Positions 9,166 through 18,636 of a DNA stretch of 64,000 nt are shown here, piece by piece. The position numbers and the translations under genes were made by a program. Below the pieces are notes generated by a model. That model ran no database searches and was not told the origin of the DNA. It saw only the letters and a program-made list of their open reading frames with translations. The DNA is taken from NCBI GenBank assembly GCA_024685175.1, contig JAIKWD010000016.1, positions 54,722 through 118,721 of the forward strand. The letters run 5' to 3'. The stretch's first letter is position 1. Every line of letters begins with the position of its first letter. The stretch is from Bacteroidales bacterium (GTDB taxonomy: Bacteria > Bacteroidota > Bacteroidia > Bacteroidales > WCHB1-69).

Positions 9166-10440
9166 TCACTCCACCACCAAAGCATCAGCCACAACTTCAG
9201 CCAATGATTTAATTTCAACATTGAGGTTATACGTATGATTGATTTGAGTGAGCTGATCTACACAATTGTGGCATGGAGTGATAACAACCGTGGCTCCCGT
9301 AGCTTTGATTTGATTCGCCTTGATTTCTCCTACTTTAAGGCGACGTTCGTTATATTCGCTCATGGCTAGCATGCCTCCGCCGCCTCCGCAACAGAAGTTA
9401 TCACTTCCATTAGGATCCATTTCCACTAGTTCGGGCACCACCTGACGCACCACATAGCGTAAGGAATTGTACAAACCACCATTGCGCACGATATTACAAG
9501 GATCGTGAATCGTATATTTCTTGGTGTTGAGATTCTTATCCACCTTTATGCGACCACTTTTGATGAAGTTTTCAAGCATTTCAATCAGCGTAATGATCTT
9601 GAAATCGGGATGAGTCTTGAGGTAATTTGGGGCTTCCCAGCGCAAGGCACGGGATCCGTGACCGCACTCGCCGAGGACCAAAGTGTTGCAATGGAGTTTG
9701 TGCACCTCATCGAACATATGTTTGGCGATAGCCGTGGCTTCGGCATCATTGCCCGAGAAGTAGCCGTAATTGGTCACATCGTACATCTCCGTAGACAACG
9801 TCCAGTTAACTTCAGCTTGCTGGAAAATCTTGGCAGCAGCGGCAATGGATAAGGGAAAGAACTTGGGTTCACGTGGGTTCAGCGTGTAAAGCACATCGGC
9901 ATCCTCCTTATTGAGTGGGATAGGTACCTCCTCGTCTTCTTCCATCCATTCAATAGTGTCAACGAAATCTTCGGTGGGTATACCCATGTTATTGCCGGTG
10001 TTGATAGCCGCATCCACGGTGGCTTGCAGGGTTTCGGGAACCAAACCCATAGTGGCCAGCATCCTACGACCTGTGCGTACCACGAAGGGAATATCCACAC
10101 CAATGGAGCAATGCTTTACACAACGACCGCACATGGTGCAGGCGCCAAAGAGCGAATCTATCATCTCCGTCAATGTATTCTCATCCATTTCACGGGCATG
10201 GTTCAACTTAGGCACCGTTTTTCCCAAAAAAGTACAATAACGTCGATATATGGATGATACCATATCCACTTTCTTTCCTGGTATGTATTTGGGTTCTTTG
10301 AAAGTCTTCCAAAACAGGCAGCTCGTCTCGCACAACCCACAATGCACACAAGCATTCAAGTGGGTGATCAACTTGCTGTCGGAAGGATGGATTAAAATGT
10401 CTAAGGCCTTCTGGCGCTGTTCCGGGGTTATTTCTTTCAT
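9166..10440 (-). CDS. (Fe-S)-binding oxidoreductase, HdrD/GlpC-like (two 4Fe-4S motifs plus CCG domains)
   Basis: CVHCGLCETSC and CTMCGRCVKHC ferredoxin motifs. C-terminal Cys-rich CCG-type motifs (DNFCCGGGGG, ITPCHNC). Confidence 0.8.
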   Translation of the reverse strand: MKEITPEQRQKALDILIHPSDSKLITHLNACVHCGLCETSCLFWKTFKEPKYIPGKKVDMVSSIYRRYCTFLGKTVPKLNHAREMDENTLTEMIDSLFGACTMCGRCVKHCSIGVDIPFVVRTGRRMLATMGLVPETLQATVDAAINTGNNMGIPTEDFVDTIEWMEEDEEVPIPLNKEDADVLYTLNPREPKFFPLSIAAAAKIFQQAEVNWTLSTEMYDVTNYGYFSGNDAEATAIAKHMFDEVHKLHCNTLVLGECGHGSRALRWEAPNYLKTHPDFKIITLIEMLENFIKSGRIKVDKNLNTKKYTIHDPCNIVRNGGLYNSLRYVVRQVVPELVEMDPNGSDNFCCGGGGGMLAMSEYNERRLKVGEIKANQIKATGATVVITPCHNCVDQLTQINHTYNLNVEIKSLAEVVADALVVE

Positions 10441-10472
10441 GGGAAAACTATTTTATCTCAAAAAACTATCGA

Positions 10473-12500
10473 TTACCAAATATTTACTCTTTCCTTAGGG
10501 TCAACATAGAGTTTGTCGGCGGGTTTAATGTTAAAAGCCTTGTACCAATACTCGCTCTGAGCCACACCGCCGTTGACACGAAGATGGTTAGCGGAATGAA
10601 CGTCGTTGATGGTAAGATAACGAAGGATCTGTTCGGAGGAAACGCCTGCCCACACATTGGCAAAGGAGAGAAAGAAACGTTGTTCAGGAGTGAACCCGTT
10701 TTCGTTAGGCAGACGACCATGTTTCTTTTGAGCCATCTGCAAAGCATCGTATGCGATGTTGATGCCGCCATGGTCGGCAATATTCTCACCCAAGCACTGG
10801 CGACCATTGCTGCGCAACTCTCCTGGAATCACCCATAAAGAGTCAAAATAGACGGCCATCTTCTCCGTGGCGAGTTTGAAGGCCTTGACATCGTTCTCGG
10901 CCCACCATGTGTGGAGATTTCCATCCTTGTCATACTGACTGCCCTGATCGTCGAAACCGTGTGTCATCTCGTGACCGATCACCACACCGATGGCACCGTA
11001 GTTGGTAGCATCGTCAGCTTCCATGTCGAAGAACGGGGGTTGAAGAATACCTGCGGGGAAACAAATCTCGTTGGTGGTAGGATTGTAGTAGGCATTGACC
11101 ATTTGAGCAGGCATTTGCCATTCGTCACGATCAACGGGTTTGTTATAATTCTTCTGTTTGTCAAGCTCAAAATAGAAACGACCAGCTTCTATCACATTTT
11201 CATAGAGAGACTTGTCTGGATTGATAACTAGTTTGGAAAGATCATCCCATTTGTCAGGGTAGCCAATCTTGACATAATAAGCGTTCAACTTGTCAAGGGC
11301 CACGTTCTTGGTTTCATCGCTCATCCATTCTTGGGCTTTGATACGCTCGCCAAGGCACACTTGGAGGTTTCTAACGAGTTCCAGCATGCGGGTTTTAGCC
11401 TCCGGTGGAAAATATTTCTTGACATACATCTGGCCCACGGCATCGTTAAGCAGGCTACTAACCAAGTCTACAGAGCGTTGCCAGCGCGGGGTCATCTCCT
11501 GTGCGCCGGATATACTACGACGAAATTCAAAGTTTTCGGCGACGAAATCATCGGAGAGATAGGATGATCCACCTTGAATCGCACGCCAAATATAGATGAG
11601 TTTCAAATTCTCCAATGATTCTTTCATCATCATATTGCAGGCCAAGGCAACGGGCTCCGGTTGTCCGAGAAGCACTTCGTTGGTCTGATCATATCCATAG
11701 TTGCGCAAATATGAAGCCCAATCAAAGCCATTACAGGTCTTGGAAAGCTCAGATACGCTCATCTTGTGGTAGTTGGCCTCCGGATCGCGCATTTGCTCGA
11801 TGGAATAGCTGGCCTTGGCGAGCTTGGTTTCCAACTTCCAAATGGTCTTCACGTTCTTCTTGGCTTCCTTGGCAGAATAGCCGCAAAGTTTAAAGAGATT
11901 CTCGTAATGCTTGATGGCGGCTTGACGTATTTTCACGATGTTGGGATCTTTGGAGAGATAATAGTCACGGTTACCCATGGAGAGGCCACCTTGATTGATA
12001 GAAACAATATGTTGGGTGGCATTCTTGTCGTCCACGCCAATATAAAGAGACCAAAGAAGGTTATCGTGCTCACGGGTCATATATTGAAGCAGTTCTTCGC
12101 GGGTGGAAATGGCTTTAATCTTGTTGATTTCGGCCAAAACTGGCGCTGCGCCTTCCTTGTTACGACGAACGCTATCCATGGAAAGACGATAAAGATCGCC
12201 AATCTTTTGCTCAATGGTGCCTTTCTTACTTCTCTGTTTGGCAATGTCTTGGATAATACCTGCCACCGCCTTCGTGTTGTCATCGTCCAACTTGGTGAAG
12301 GATCCCCACATCGGATAAATAGGGGGTTGAGGGTTGTATTTTATCCAATTTCCCGTGGCGTACTTGAAAAAGTCATCGCCGGGATTCACGGAAGTATCCA
12401 TGTTGTCATAGTTGATGCCTGATTTTGCTTTTTTCTCCTGGGCAAAAGCAGGAATCAAAAGGACTGCACACAAGATGCAGAGAAATACTTTTTTAATCAT
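10473..12500 (-). CDS. M13 family zinc metallopeptidase (PepO / endothelin-converting-enzyme-like)
   Basis: 675 aa with a signal peptide. HEMTHGFD zinc motif and GENIADHGG (ENxADxGG) motif. Confidence 0.9.
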   Translation of the reverse strand: MIKKVFLCILCAVLLIPAFAQEKKAKSGINYDNMDTSVNPGDDFFKYATGNWIKYNPQPPIYPMWGSFTKLDDDNTKAVAGIIQDIAKQRSKKGTIEQKIGDLYRLSMDSVRRNKEGAAPVLAEINKIKAISTREELLQYMTREHDNLLWSLYIGVDDKNATQHIVSINQGGLSMGNRDYYLSKDPNIVKIRQAAIKHYENLFKLCGYSAKEAKKNVKTIWKLETKLAKASYSIEQMRDPEANYHKMSVSELSKTCNGFDWASYLRNYGYDQTNEVLLGQPEPVALACNMMMKESLENLKLIYIWRAIQGGSSYLSDDFVAENFEFRRSISGAQEMTPRWQRSVDLVSSLLNDAVGQMYVKKYFPPEAKTRMLELVRNLQVCLGERIKAQEWMSDETKNVALDKLNAYYVKIGYPDKWDDLSKLVINPDKSLYENVIEAGRFYFELDKQKNYNKPVDRDEWQMPAQMVNAYYNPTTNEICFPAGILQPPFFDMEADDATNYGAIGVVIGHEMTHGFDDQGSQYDKDGNLHTWWAENDVKAFKLATEKMAVYFDSLWVIPGELRSNGRQCLGENIADHGGINIAYDALQMAQKKHGRLPNENGFTPEQRFFLSFANVWAGVSSEQILRYLTINDVHSANHLRVNGGVAQSEYWYKAFNIKPADKLYVDPKERVNIW

Positions 12501-12545
12501 ATTTTAAAATGTTAATATTAATAATTCCAGTGTTTATGAAGGCTG

Positions 12546-12553
12546 CAAAGATA
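12546..12553 (-). promoter_or_regulatory. Putative Bacteroidota -7 box (TAnnTTTG)
   Basis: Minus strand TATCTTTG, 45 nt upstream of the M13 peptidase ATG (12500). Confidence 0.5.
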
Positions 12554-12581
12554 CGAAAATAGTGATTAGTAGAAGTTCAAG

Positions 12582-14645
12582 CTATTTGGTGCTAAATGCC
12601 AGTGGCATCAACACTTTTACGCCGAAATTCCTTCCCATATCATAGATTCCGACCTCTTTGAGCCGACTTAGGTGGCTTTGATAGGCTCGATTAAGGATGT
12701 TCTGGGCTGTGAGGTGTAACGAAAGAACACGGCGACCCTTAACATGAAAGTCCACACCGGCAGAAGCATTGAGCAATGTGTAACTGGGTGTTTTCGTTTC
12801 GGTGTCATTGGCTATTCTTACATTATTTTGCGTCAGGTTGCAGTCCACTTGCGCCTCCACATACAGATTGCGCACCACTCTTGAGTTCAGCGGAATGTCA
12901 TAATGCAGGGTGGAAAGCCACCTCGGGGCTGGCGTAAAGGGCAAATATCTAGAATCAGGCGTTTGATGCAGTTGTTGGGCGTTCACATAAGAGAATGAGT
13001 TTTCAAAATGCAAATGATGAATCAGGTGAAGCACCACTGTGGCTTCGCCTCCCAACAAACGAGCATCTCCCTGCTGGTATTGATACACGGGCATCTCCTC
13101 AACGGTTGCCCCTGTCTTCTCCAAAAAAATATAGTGGCCTATCAGACTGGCAAAGAGCGACAATCGTGCAGAGACGATCTTGCTCACAAAGTCCAAACCA
13201 ACATCGAACTGCCAAGAGTTTTCGGACTTCAGGTGCTGGTTTCCAATCTCATAACGCAAGGTTCCCTCATGTTCGCCATTACTGCCTAATTCGCTGACAT
13301 TGGGTGCCCGAAATCCTCGGGCCACATTGACACGAACGTCCATGTTGGGTAGGACCTCATAAGAGAGGCCTACACTTCCCGACAAGCCTGGAAAGACTCG
13401 TGAAAAGTCTGCAAAACGGTTAACGCCATCATAGACCAAGGCATACGAATGCAGCATACGCGTATCAAAACGAAGTCCACCGCTTATGTGCAACTTGTTG
13501 AAAAAACTCTTGGACGTAGTGGCAAAAGCACCAATATCAAACAAACCGTAAGCCGGGATCAAAAATTCTGTTCCCCGGTTGATTGATTCCTGCCACATTC
13601 CGTTGATGCCGAAATTGCTCACCCAACCACTCCAATTGGGAGTCACATAGCGTACATCATAGTTGACACTATGCAATTGGAAGTCCAGTCCACACTCTTC
13701 CGGTTCTTCATATTCTTGGCGTCGGTTTTGTTGATAGCTCACCAATGCTCGTATAAGGCCTTTGTCTAACAAGAACAAATTCTCGGAAACCACTTTGTAG
13801 TGGTGAATATGTTGAAAAGGAGCTTCCGGTTCCTCCGCGTTCTCTTCCTCCTGTTCTTCTCCTTCTACAATTCCTGGTTTTAGATGATAATAGGAAAACT
13901 TGAGATAGCTATGCCCCCAATTCTTGTTCACCCCCAACATTCCCTTGAAACCTTGTTCGCCAAATTGGGAATTGAAAACCTTTCCGTTGATTTTATTGGA
14001 ATATTCGCCAGCGTGTTTTTGGCTCCAACGAGCGTCCCAGACGAAGCCTTTCTGGTTGCCGGCAAAATCGAGGGAATAGTTCCACAGATTGGCGTTGGAC
14101 TGGTATCCGCCGAGAAGATCCAACTTCATCTTGCCCTCAGAAAGGATGGGTGCATCGTGCAGAATAATAACACCCGCCATGGCATCGGAACCGTACATTA
14201 GGGATGCGGGGCCTTTGATGACTTCAACGGAACCGACACTCTCGCCGTCTACCTCAACGCCATGCTCGTCACCCCATTGCTGGCCTTCTTGTCGAATGCC
14301 GTCATTGACCACCAACACTCGGTTGTAGCCCATACCTCGTATGACGGGTTTGGAAATACCCCCTCCAGTGGTAATCTGTGAGATACCGGGATATTTTGCT
14401 ATTGCATCTATAATGTTGGTATATGAAAGTGTCTGAATGGCTTCAGATGAAATGACATTCACGGGAATGGGACTATATCTGTTTTGGATATTACCCGTTA
14501 AACCGGTAACTACTATTTCTGAAATATGGACACATGTGTCGGCGTTTTGTGACGAGGTCTTGTCGCTTTGAGGTTCCGTCTGCGCAAAACCTGTCAAAGT
14601 TGCACATACAAATATGTATATTAATAATTGTTTTATGAATTTCAT
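12582..14645 (-). CDS. TonB-dependent receptor
   Basis: ORF 12582..14687 trimmed to MKFIKQLLIYIFVCATLTGFAQ. Plug motifs (KPVIRGMGYNRVLVVNDGIRQEGQQWGDEHG), a long beta-barrel region, and a C-terminal aromatic-rich end. Confidence 0.85.
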   Translation of the reverse strand: MKFIKQLLIYIFVCATLTGFAQTEPQSDKTSSQNADTCVHISEIVVTGLTGNIQNRYSPIPVNVISSEAIQTLSYTNIIDAIAKYPGISQITTGGGISKPVIRGMGYNRVLVVNDGIRQEGQQWGDEHGVEVDGESVGSVEVIKGPASLMYGSDAMAGVIILHDAPILSEGKMKLDLLGGYQSNANLWNYSLDFAGNQKGFVWDARWSQKHAGEYSNKINGKVFNSQFGEQGFKGMLGVNKNWGHSYLKFSYYHLKPGIVEGEEQEEENAEEPEAPFQHIHHYKVVSENLFLLDKGLIRALVSYQQNRRQEYEEPEECGLDFQLHSVNYDVRYVTPNWSGWVSNFGINGMWQESINRGTEFLIPAYGLFDIGAFATTSKSFFNKLHISGGLRFDTRMLHSYALVYDGVNRFADFSRVFPGLSGSVGLSYEVLPNMDVRVNVARGFRAPNVSELGSNGEHEGTLRYEIGNQHLKSENSWQFDVGLDFVSKIVSARLSLFASLIGHYIFLEKTGATVEEMPVYQYQQGDARLLGGEATVVLHLIHHLHFENSFSYVNAQQLHQTPDSRYLPFTPAPRWLSTLHYDIPLNSRVVRNLYVEAQVDCNLTQNNVRIANDTETKTPSYTLLNASAGVDFHVKGRRVLSLHLTAQNILNRAYQSHLSRLKEVGIYDMGRNFGVKVLMPLAFSTK

Positions 14646-14795
14646 TGCCTTTTGATTATATATAAATAAACTATAAATAAACACCATACGCCCTATGGCG
14701 TAAAAACAACTGAGGCATGCACAAATATCTTTCGTGTTTTTTAGTGTTTTAAAACAAAAAAAGAGGAAGATATGGGTGATAAAGCCAAAGAAGTA

Positions 14796-15155
14796 TTAAG
14801 ATAAAGACAAGGAAGTGGGAGGGGCGCGGAGACGAATAGACACCGGTGCACAAAAGCCCCATTGATGACAGTCTGGACAGATGTTCAGAGCAGAGGCGTC
14901 GGTCGGGGTTTGAACACAAGCGGCGCCGGGTTGCAGATAGGGTGCTGCCAGAAGTTGGCATATAACACAATCGTCTAACTGATGGTCCCCGACAGTAATA
15001 TGTCCTGGATGCGGCACATGTTTGACGCACTCCATGCAATGCGAAAGCTCCGTGTGTTCTTTGTGGGTATGCAAAGCCGCCACGACCTGCAAGAGCAGGA
15101 ACGCGATTAGCAAGAATCGTGAGATAACAATCCGATACTTATCCGTTTTTTGCAT
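14796..15155 (-). CDS. Small Cys/His-rich membrane-anchored protein (119 aa), function unknown
   Basis: ORF 14796..15227 trimmed to MQKTDKY because the first 24 codons are the rpmA terminator hairpin. One TM helix, then HTHKEH, SHCMECVKHVPHPGH, DDCVICQ, CPDCHQWGFC (8 Cys, 9 His by my count). Confidence 0.5.
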   Translation of the reverse strand: MQKTDKYRIVISRFLLIAFLLLQVVAALHTHKEHTELSHCMECVKHVPHPGHITVGDHQLDDCVICQLLAAPYLQPGAACVQTPTDASALNICPDCHQWGFCAPVSIRLRAPPTSLSLS

Positions 15156-15163
15156 AGCAGCGG

Positions 15164-15171
15164 CAAAGATA
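15164..15171 (-). promoter_or_regulatory. Putative -7 box (TAnnTTTG)
   Basis: Minus strand TATCTTTG, only 8 nt upstream of the ATG at 15155 and directly after the rpmA terminator. Confidence 0.45.
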
Positions 15172-15206
15172 ATCAAAAAAAAAAAGCCACCCGAATGGGC
15201 GGCTTT
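15172..15206 (-). terminator. Rho-independent terminator of rplU-rpmA
   Basis: Minus strand GCCGCCC-ATTC-GGGTGGC followed by an 11+ T run. Confidence 0.85.
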
Positions 15207-15245
15207 AAAATCAAACATTATGAACAAAATATCATTATATCTGCA

Positions 15246-15506
15246 TTATTCCTGGGCAGGAACTACAGACACGAATGATCTATCTTTGTGGGTTCTCTTG
15301 AACTCCACGATGCCGTCTGTGAGGGCGTACAACGTGTGGTCCTTACCCATACCGACATTCTTGCCGGGATTGTGAACAGTACCTCTTTGGCGAACGATGA
15401 TGTTGCCAGCTTTGGCGAATTGTCCACCGAAGATTTTCAAACCTAATCTTTTGCTATGTGATTCGCGGCCGTTCTGTGAACTACCGACACCTTTTTTATG
15501 TGCCAT
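15246..15506 (-). CDS. rpmA: 50S ribosomal protein L27
   Basis: 86 aa, [22 protein letters not shown]... Confidence 0.97.
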   Translation of the reverse strand: MAHKKGVGSSQNGRESHSKRLGLKIFGGQFAKAGNIIVRQRGTVHNPGKNVGMGKDHTLYALTDGIVEFKRTHKDRSFVSVVPAQE

Positions 15507-15536
15507 AACTTTATGTTTTTAGTCTTAATTAATCAA

Positions 15537-15848
15537 TTATAATTCAATGCTATCAATCTTGATGGATGTCAAATATTGACGATGACCATTTAATTTCTGA
15601 TAACCTTTTCTTCTTTTCTTCTTGAAAACAATAACTTTGTCACCTTTAAGGTGTTTGAGAACGGTAGCGGTAACACTTGCACCATCAACGGTGGGAGCAC
15701 CAACTTTCACGGAACCGTCGTTGTCGATCAATAACACACGGTCAAACTTGACCTGTGAACCTTCTTCAGCCTGAAGGCGTTGAACATAGACTCTGCGGTC
15801 TTTTTCAATCTTGAATTGTTGCCCGGCTATTTCTACAATTGCGTACAT
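15537..15848 (-). CDS. rplU: 50S ribosomal protein L21
   Basis: 103 aa, [22 protein letters not shown]... Confidence 0.97.
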   Translation of the reverse strand: MYAIVEIAGQQFKIEKDRRVYVQRLQAEEGSQVKFDRVLLIDNDGSVKVGAPTVDGASVTATVLKHLKGDKVIVFKKKRRKGYQKLNGHRQYLTSIKIDSIEL

Positions 15849-15883
15849 TTTTTATTAATTTTAGTTTTTAGTTTTTGGGGCGG

Positions 15884-15891
15884 CAAAAATA
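15884..15891 (-). promoter_or_regulatory. Putative -7 box (TAnnTTTG)
   Basis: Minus strand TATTTTTG, 35 nt upstream of the rplU ATG. Confidence 0.5.
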
Positions 15892-15980
15892 GAAAAAAAA
15901 TTAATTCAAGCATTTCTTCTTGCAATTTTTTTTGTCATATTTCGTTATTAAACAACCTTTTCTCCAAAACACATCATCAA

Positions 15981-17090
15981 ATGAAAGCGAAAAAATTCTT
16001 CAACTTATTGTTAGTCTGCTTGTTAAGCAGCGCTACACCTTGGAACACCGCCATGTCGCAAAATTACTCCAGAGGAGGCGGTTATGTTGATTTGACCGTC
16101 GCCGCAGAGAAATCTGTCAATGCTGTGGTGTACATCAAAACGGAATTTACGCAGAAAAATTCAGCGTGGGACGACTTTTTCGGTGGCACAATATGGGAAA
16201 ACTTGTTCGGCTCAGCGCCCAGTTTATACCCTGTGCAGGCCGCCGGCTCCGGCGTTATTGTATCCCCCGACGGCTATATTGTGACCAACAACCATGTAGT
16301 GGAAGATGCCGTAAAGGCCACCATCACACTTAACGACAAGCGGGAATTCAACGGCACCATCATCGGCACAGACCCTGCCGCCGACCTCGCCTTGATCAAG
16401 ATTGACGCCGAAGACCTGCCCTACCTTACCTTTGCCAACTCCGATTCCGTCAAAATCGGCGAGTGGGTGCTGGCTGTAGGCAACCCGATGAACCTGACCT
16501 CCACCGTGACGGCTGGAATCATCAGCGCCAAGGCCCGCCAACTCAACCTCTCTTCGCGCATGAACCAAACGGAAGAGACATACCTTCAGACTGATGCTGC
16601 CGTCAACTCCGGCAACAGCGGCGGCGCCCTGGTCAACGCCAGCGGCAAACTCGTGGGCATCAATACGGCTATCGCTTCCGGAAACGGCTTTTATACCGGC
16701 TACTCTTTCGCCATTCCTTCGAATATTGTGAAGAAAATATACAACGATTTGAAAGAATATGGCCAAGTACAACAAGCCTATCTCGGCGTCTCCATCGCCG
16801 AATTGAACGCCACACTGGCCAAAGAATACGGCCTGGACGATGTAAAAGGCGTCTATATTGCTGACATAGAAGAAGATGGCGCTGCTGCCAAGAACGACTT
16901 CCAAGAGGGTGATGTCATCACCCATATTGACAAAATGCCCGTTAACAGCCTTGCAGAAGTGCGTGGAGTGCTTAAAACCAAGTCGCCCGGCGATAAAGTA
17001 CAGGTGGTTTTAGTCAGAAAAAAGGAAAAAATCACCAAAAATGTAACTTTATTTAATATTGAAGGTACAACAGAACTATTGAAAAACTAA
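15981..17090 (+). CDS. HtrA/DegP-like trypsin-fold serine protease with one PDZ domain
   Basis: ORF 15780..17090 trimmed to MKAKKFFNLLLVCLL, because the longer form overlaps rplU. Catalytic triad context TNNHVV / DLALIKI / GNSGGALV. Confidence 0.85.
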   Translation: MKAKKFFNLLLVCLLSSATPWNTAMSQNYSRGGGYVDLTVAAEKSVNAVVYIKTEFTQKNSAWDDFFGGTIWENLFGSAPSLYPVQAAGSGVIVSPDGYIVTNNHVVEDAVKATITLNDKREFNGTIIGTDPAADLALIKIDAEDLPYLTFANSDSVKIGEWVLAVGNPMNLTSTVTAGIISAKARQLNLSSRMNQTEETYLQTDAAVNSGNSGGALVNASGKLVGINTAIASGNGFYTGYSFAIPSNIVKKIYNDLKEYGQVQQAYLGVSIAELNATLAKEYGLDDVKGVYIADIEEDGAAAKNDFQEGDVITHIDKMPVNSLAEVRGVLKTKSPGDKVQVVLVRKKEKITKNVTLFNIEGTTELLKN

Positions 17091-17149
17091 AAGGTGAAAA
17101 TCGCCCTCACGAAATTTATTATTATCGGTAAAAATCTATTTATTTATAT

Positions 17150-18010
17150 ATGAGACAATTAAAAATATCAAAGTCCATTACCAACCGTGATTCCGCGTCG
17201 TTGGACCGTTATTTGGCAGACATTGGCAAAGAGAGCATGATCAGCGCCGAAGAAGAAGTTGAACTGGCCCGTAAGATTAAGGCCGGTGACGAAGAGGCTC
17301 TCAACAAACTGACTACCACAAATTTACGTTTTGTAGTCTCTGTCGCCAAGCAATATCAGAACCAAGGCATAAGTTTGCAAGACCTCATCAACGAAGGTAA
17401 TGTAGGCCTTATAAAAGCAGCCAAGCGTTTCGACGAAACCCGTGGCTTCAAGTTCATCTCCTACGCCGTTTGGTGGATTCGCCAATCTATTCTTCAAGCC
17501 ATCGCCGATCAATCGCGTATTGTACGTTTGCCTCTCAATCAAGTTGGCGTCATCAACAAGATCAAGAAAGAAACCGCCCGCCTTGAGCAACAGCTCAAGC
17601 GTATGCCCACCACCGAAGAGATTGCCGATGCTATTGACATGCCGGTATACAAAGTCTCTGAGATCATGAAGATGAACAACCACCCGCAGTCTATCGACTC
17701 CCCCATCTCTCCCAACGAGGAGACCCGATTTGTAGACATTTTCGTGCACGACAACGATGAGGATACCGACAAGATTTTGATGAGCGAGTCCCTCTCCTCA
17801 GAGATACATGATGTTTTGAAGACCTTACCGGAAAAAGAACGTGAAGTTTTGAAATTGTTTTACGGCATTGAAACCACGCACGAACATACGTTGGACGAGA
17901 TTGGCGACCGCATGGAGCTTTCCCGCGAGCGTGTCCGCCAAATCAAGGAACGTGCTTTGAAACGCCTTCGTCAAAACAGCAAGAACAAGAATTTAAAAAG
18001 CTATTTATAG
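17150..18010 (+). CDS. rpoD: RNA polymerase primary sigma factor (Bacteroidota short sigma-A)
   Basis: 286 aa. Region 2 (FISYAVWWIRQSI) and region 4.2 (TLDEIGDRMELSRERVRQIKERAL). Confidence 0.95.
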   Translation: MRQLKISKSITNRDSASLDRYLADIGKESMISAEEEVELARKIKAGDEEALNKLTTTNLRFVVSVAKQYQNQGISLQDLINEGNVGLIKAAKRFDETRGFKFISYAVWWIRQSILQAIADQSRIVRLPLNQVGVINKIKKETARLEQQLKRMPTTEEIADAIDMPVYKVSEIMKMNNHPQSIDSPISPNEETRFVDIFVHDNDEDTDKILMSESLSSEIHDVLKTLPEKEREVLKLFYGIETTHEHTLDEIGDRMELSRERVRQIKERALKRLRQNSKNKNLKSYL

Positions 18011-18028
18011 CAGCGCAGTATCTCCTAC

Positions 18029-18631
18029 ATGAAATATTCAGCCAACTGGGTTTTGGTGCTCGGCCTATGTCTTGTTGCAACATTATTTTTGCCATCATGC
18101 AGAAACAAAAATCGTGATGCGACGCCCCGACCCGTGGCTTATTTCCGTCTCGACCTGCCGGAACATCACTATAAGGCGGTGGATACTACCCTACCCTTCA
18201 CCTTCGAGCAATCGGACGCCGCCGTGCTCTCGCTACAGCACCGCGACGACGGCTCCTATTGGGTAGACGTGGACTATCCCGAACTCAATGCCACCTTTAA
18301 GTTCACCTGCCTCAACGTACCCGTGCCCGACTCGCTTCGCAGCCTCATATACAAAGAAGAGAAAATGGTGAAATTCCACTATCAAAAAGCCGATGACGTG
18401 GAATATTCCGTTATTTCCGATCCTGAATCCCGCCTATGGGGGCAGATTTATGACATTGCAGGACGCGAAGTGGCCACCCCGCTTATGTTTTGGATGACCG
18501 ACAGCACCCAATGGTTCGTCCGCACCACCCTCTACTTCAACTTCACCCCCAATAACGACTCGCTCGAACCCGTCATCCACTACTTGCGCGACGATGCTAT
18601 GCACTTGGTTAACACATTCAAATGGAAATGA
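18029..18631 (+). CDS. gldD: Gliding-motility-type lipoprotein GldD
   Basis: 200 aa with lipobox LPSC. RPVAYFRLDLPEHHYK..PFTFE.., YPELNATFKFT, MTDSTQWFVRTTLYFNFTPNNDSLEPV and C-terminal TFKWK follow the GldD pattern as I recall it from Flavobacterium. Confidence 0.65.
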   Translation: MKYSANWVLVLGLCLVATLFLPSCRNKNRDATPRPVAYFRLDLPEHHYKAVDTTLPFTFEQSDAAVLSLQHRDDGSYWVDVDYPELNATFKFTCLNVPVPDSLRSLIYKEEKMVKFHYQKADDVEYSVISDPESRLWGQIYDIAGREVATPLMFWMTDSTQWFVRTTLYFNFTPNNDSLEPVIHYLRDDAMHLVNTFKWK

Positions 18632-18636
18632 CGACT

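Noticed and set aside
15780-15980. N-terminal extension of the HtrA-like ORF overlapping rplU. The same issue applies to 4448-4555 (nadK), 35512-35568 (pruA), 14646-14687 (TonB-dependent receptor), 57395-57442 (the 1,894-aa giant) and 15156-15227 (the small Cys/His protein).
   Set aside because: The extensions cross promoters, terminators or neighbouring genes and lack signal-peptide logic. Internal Met codons give canonical N-termini.
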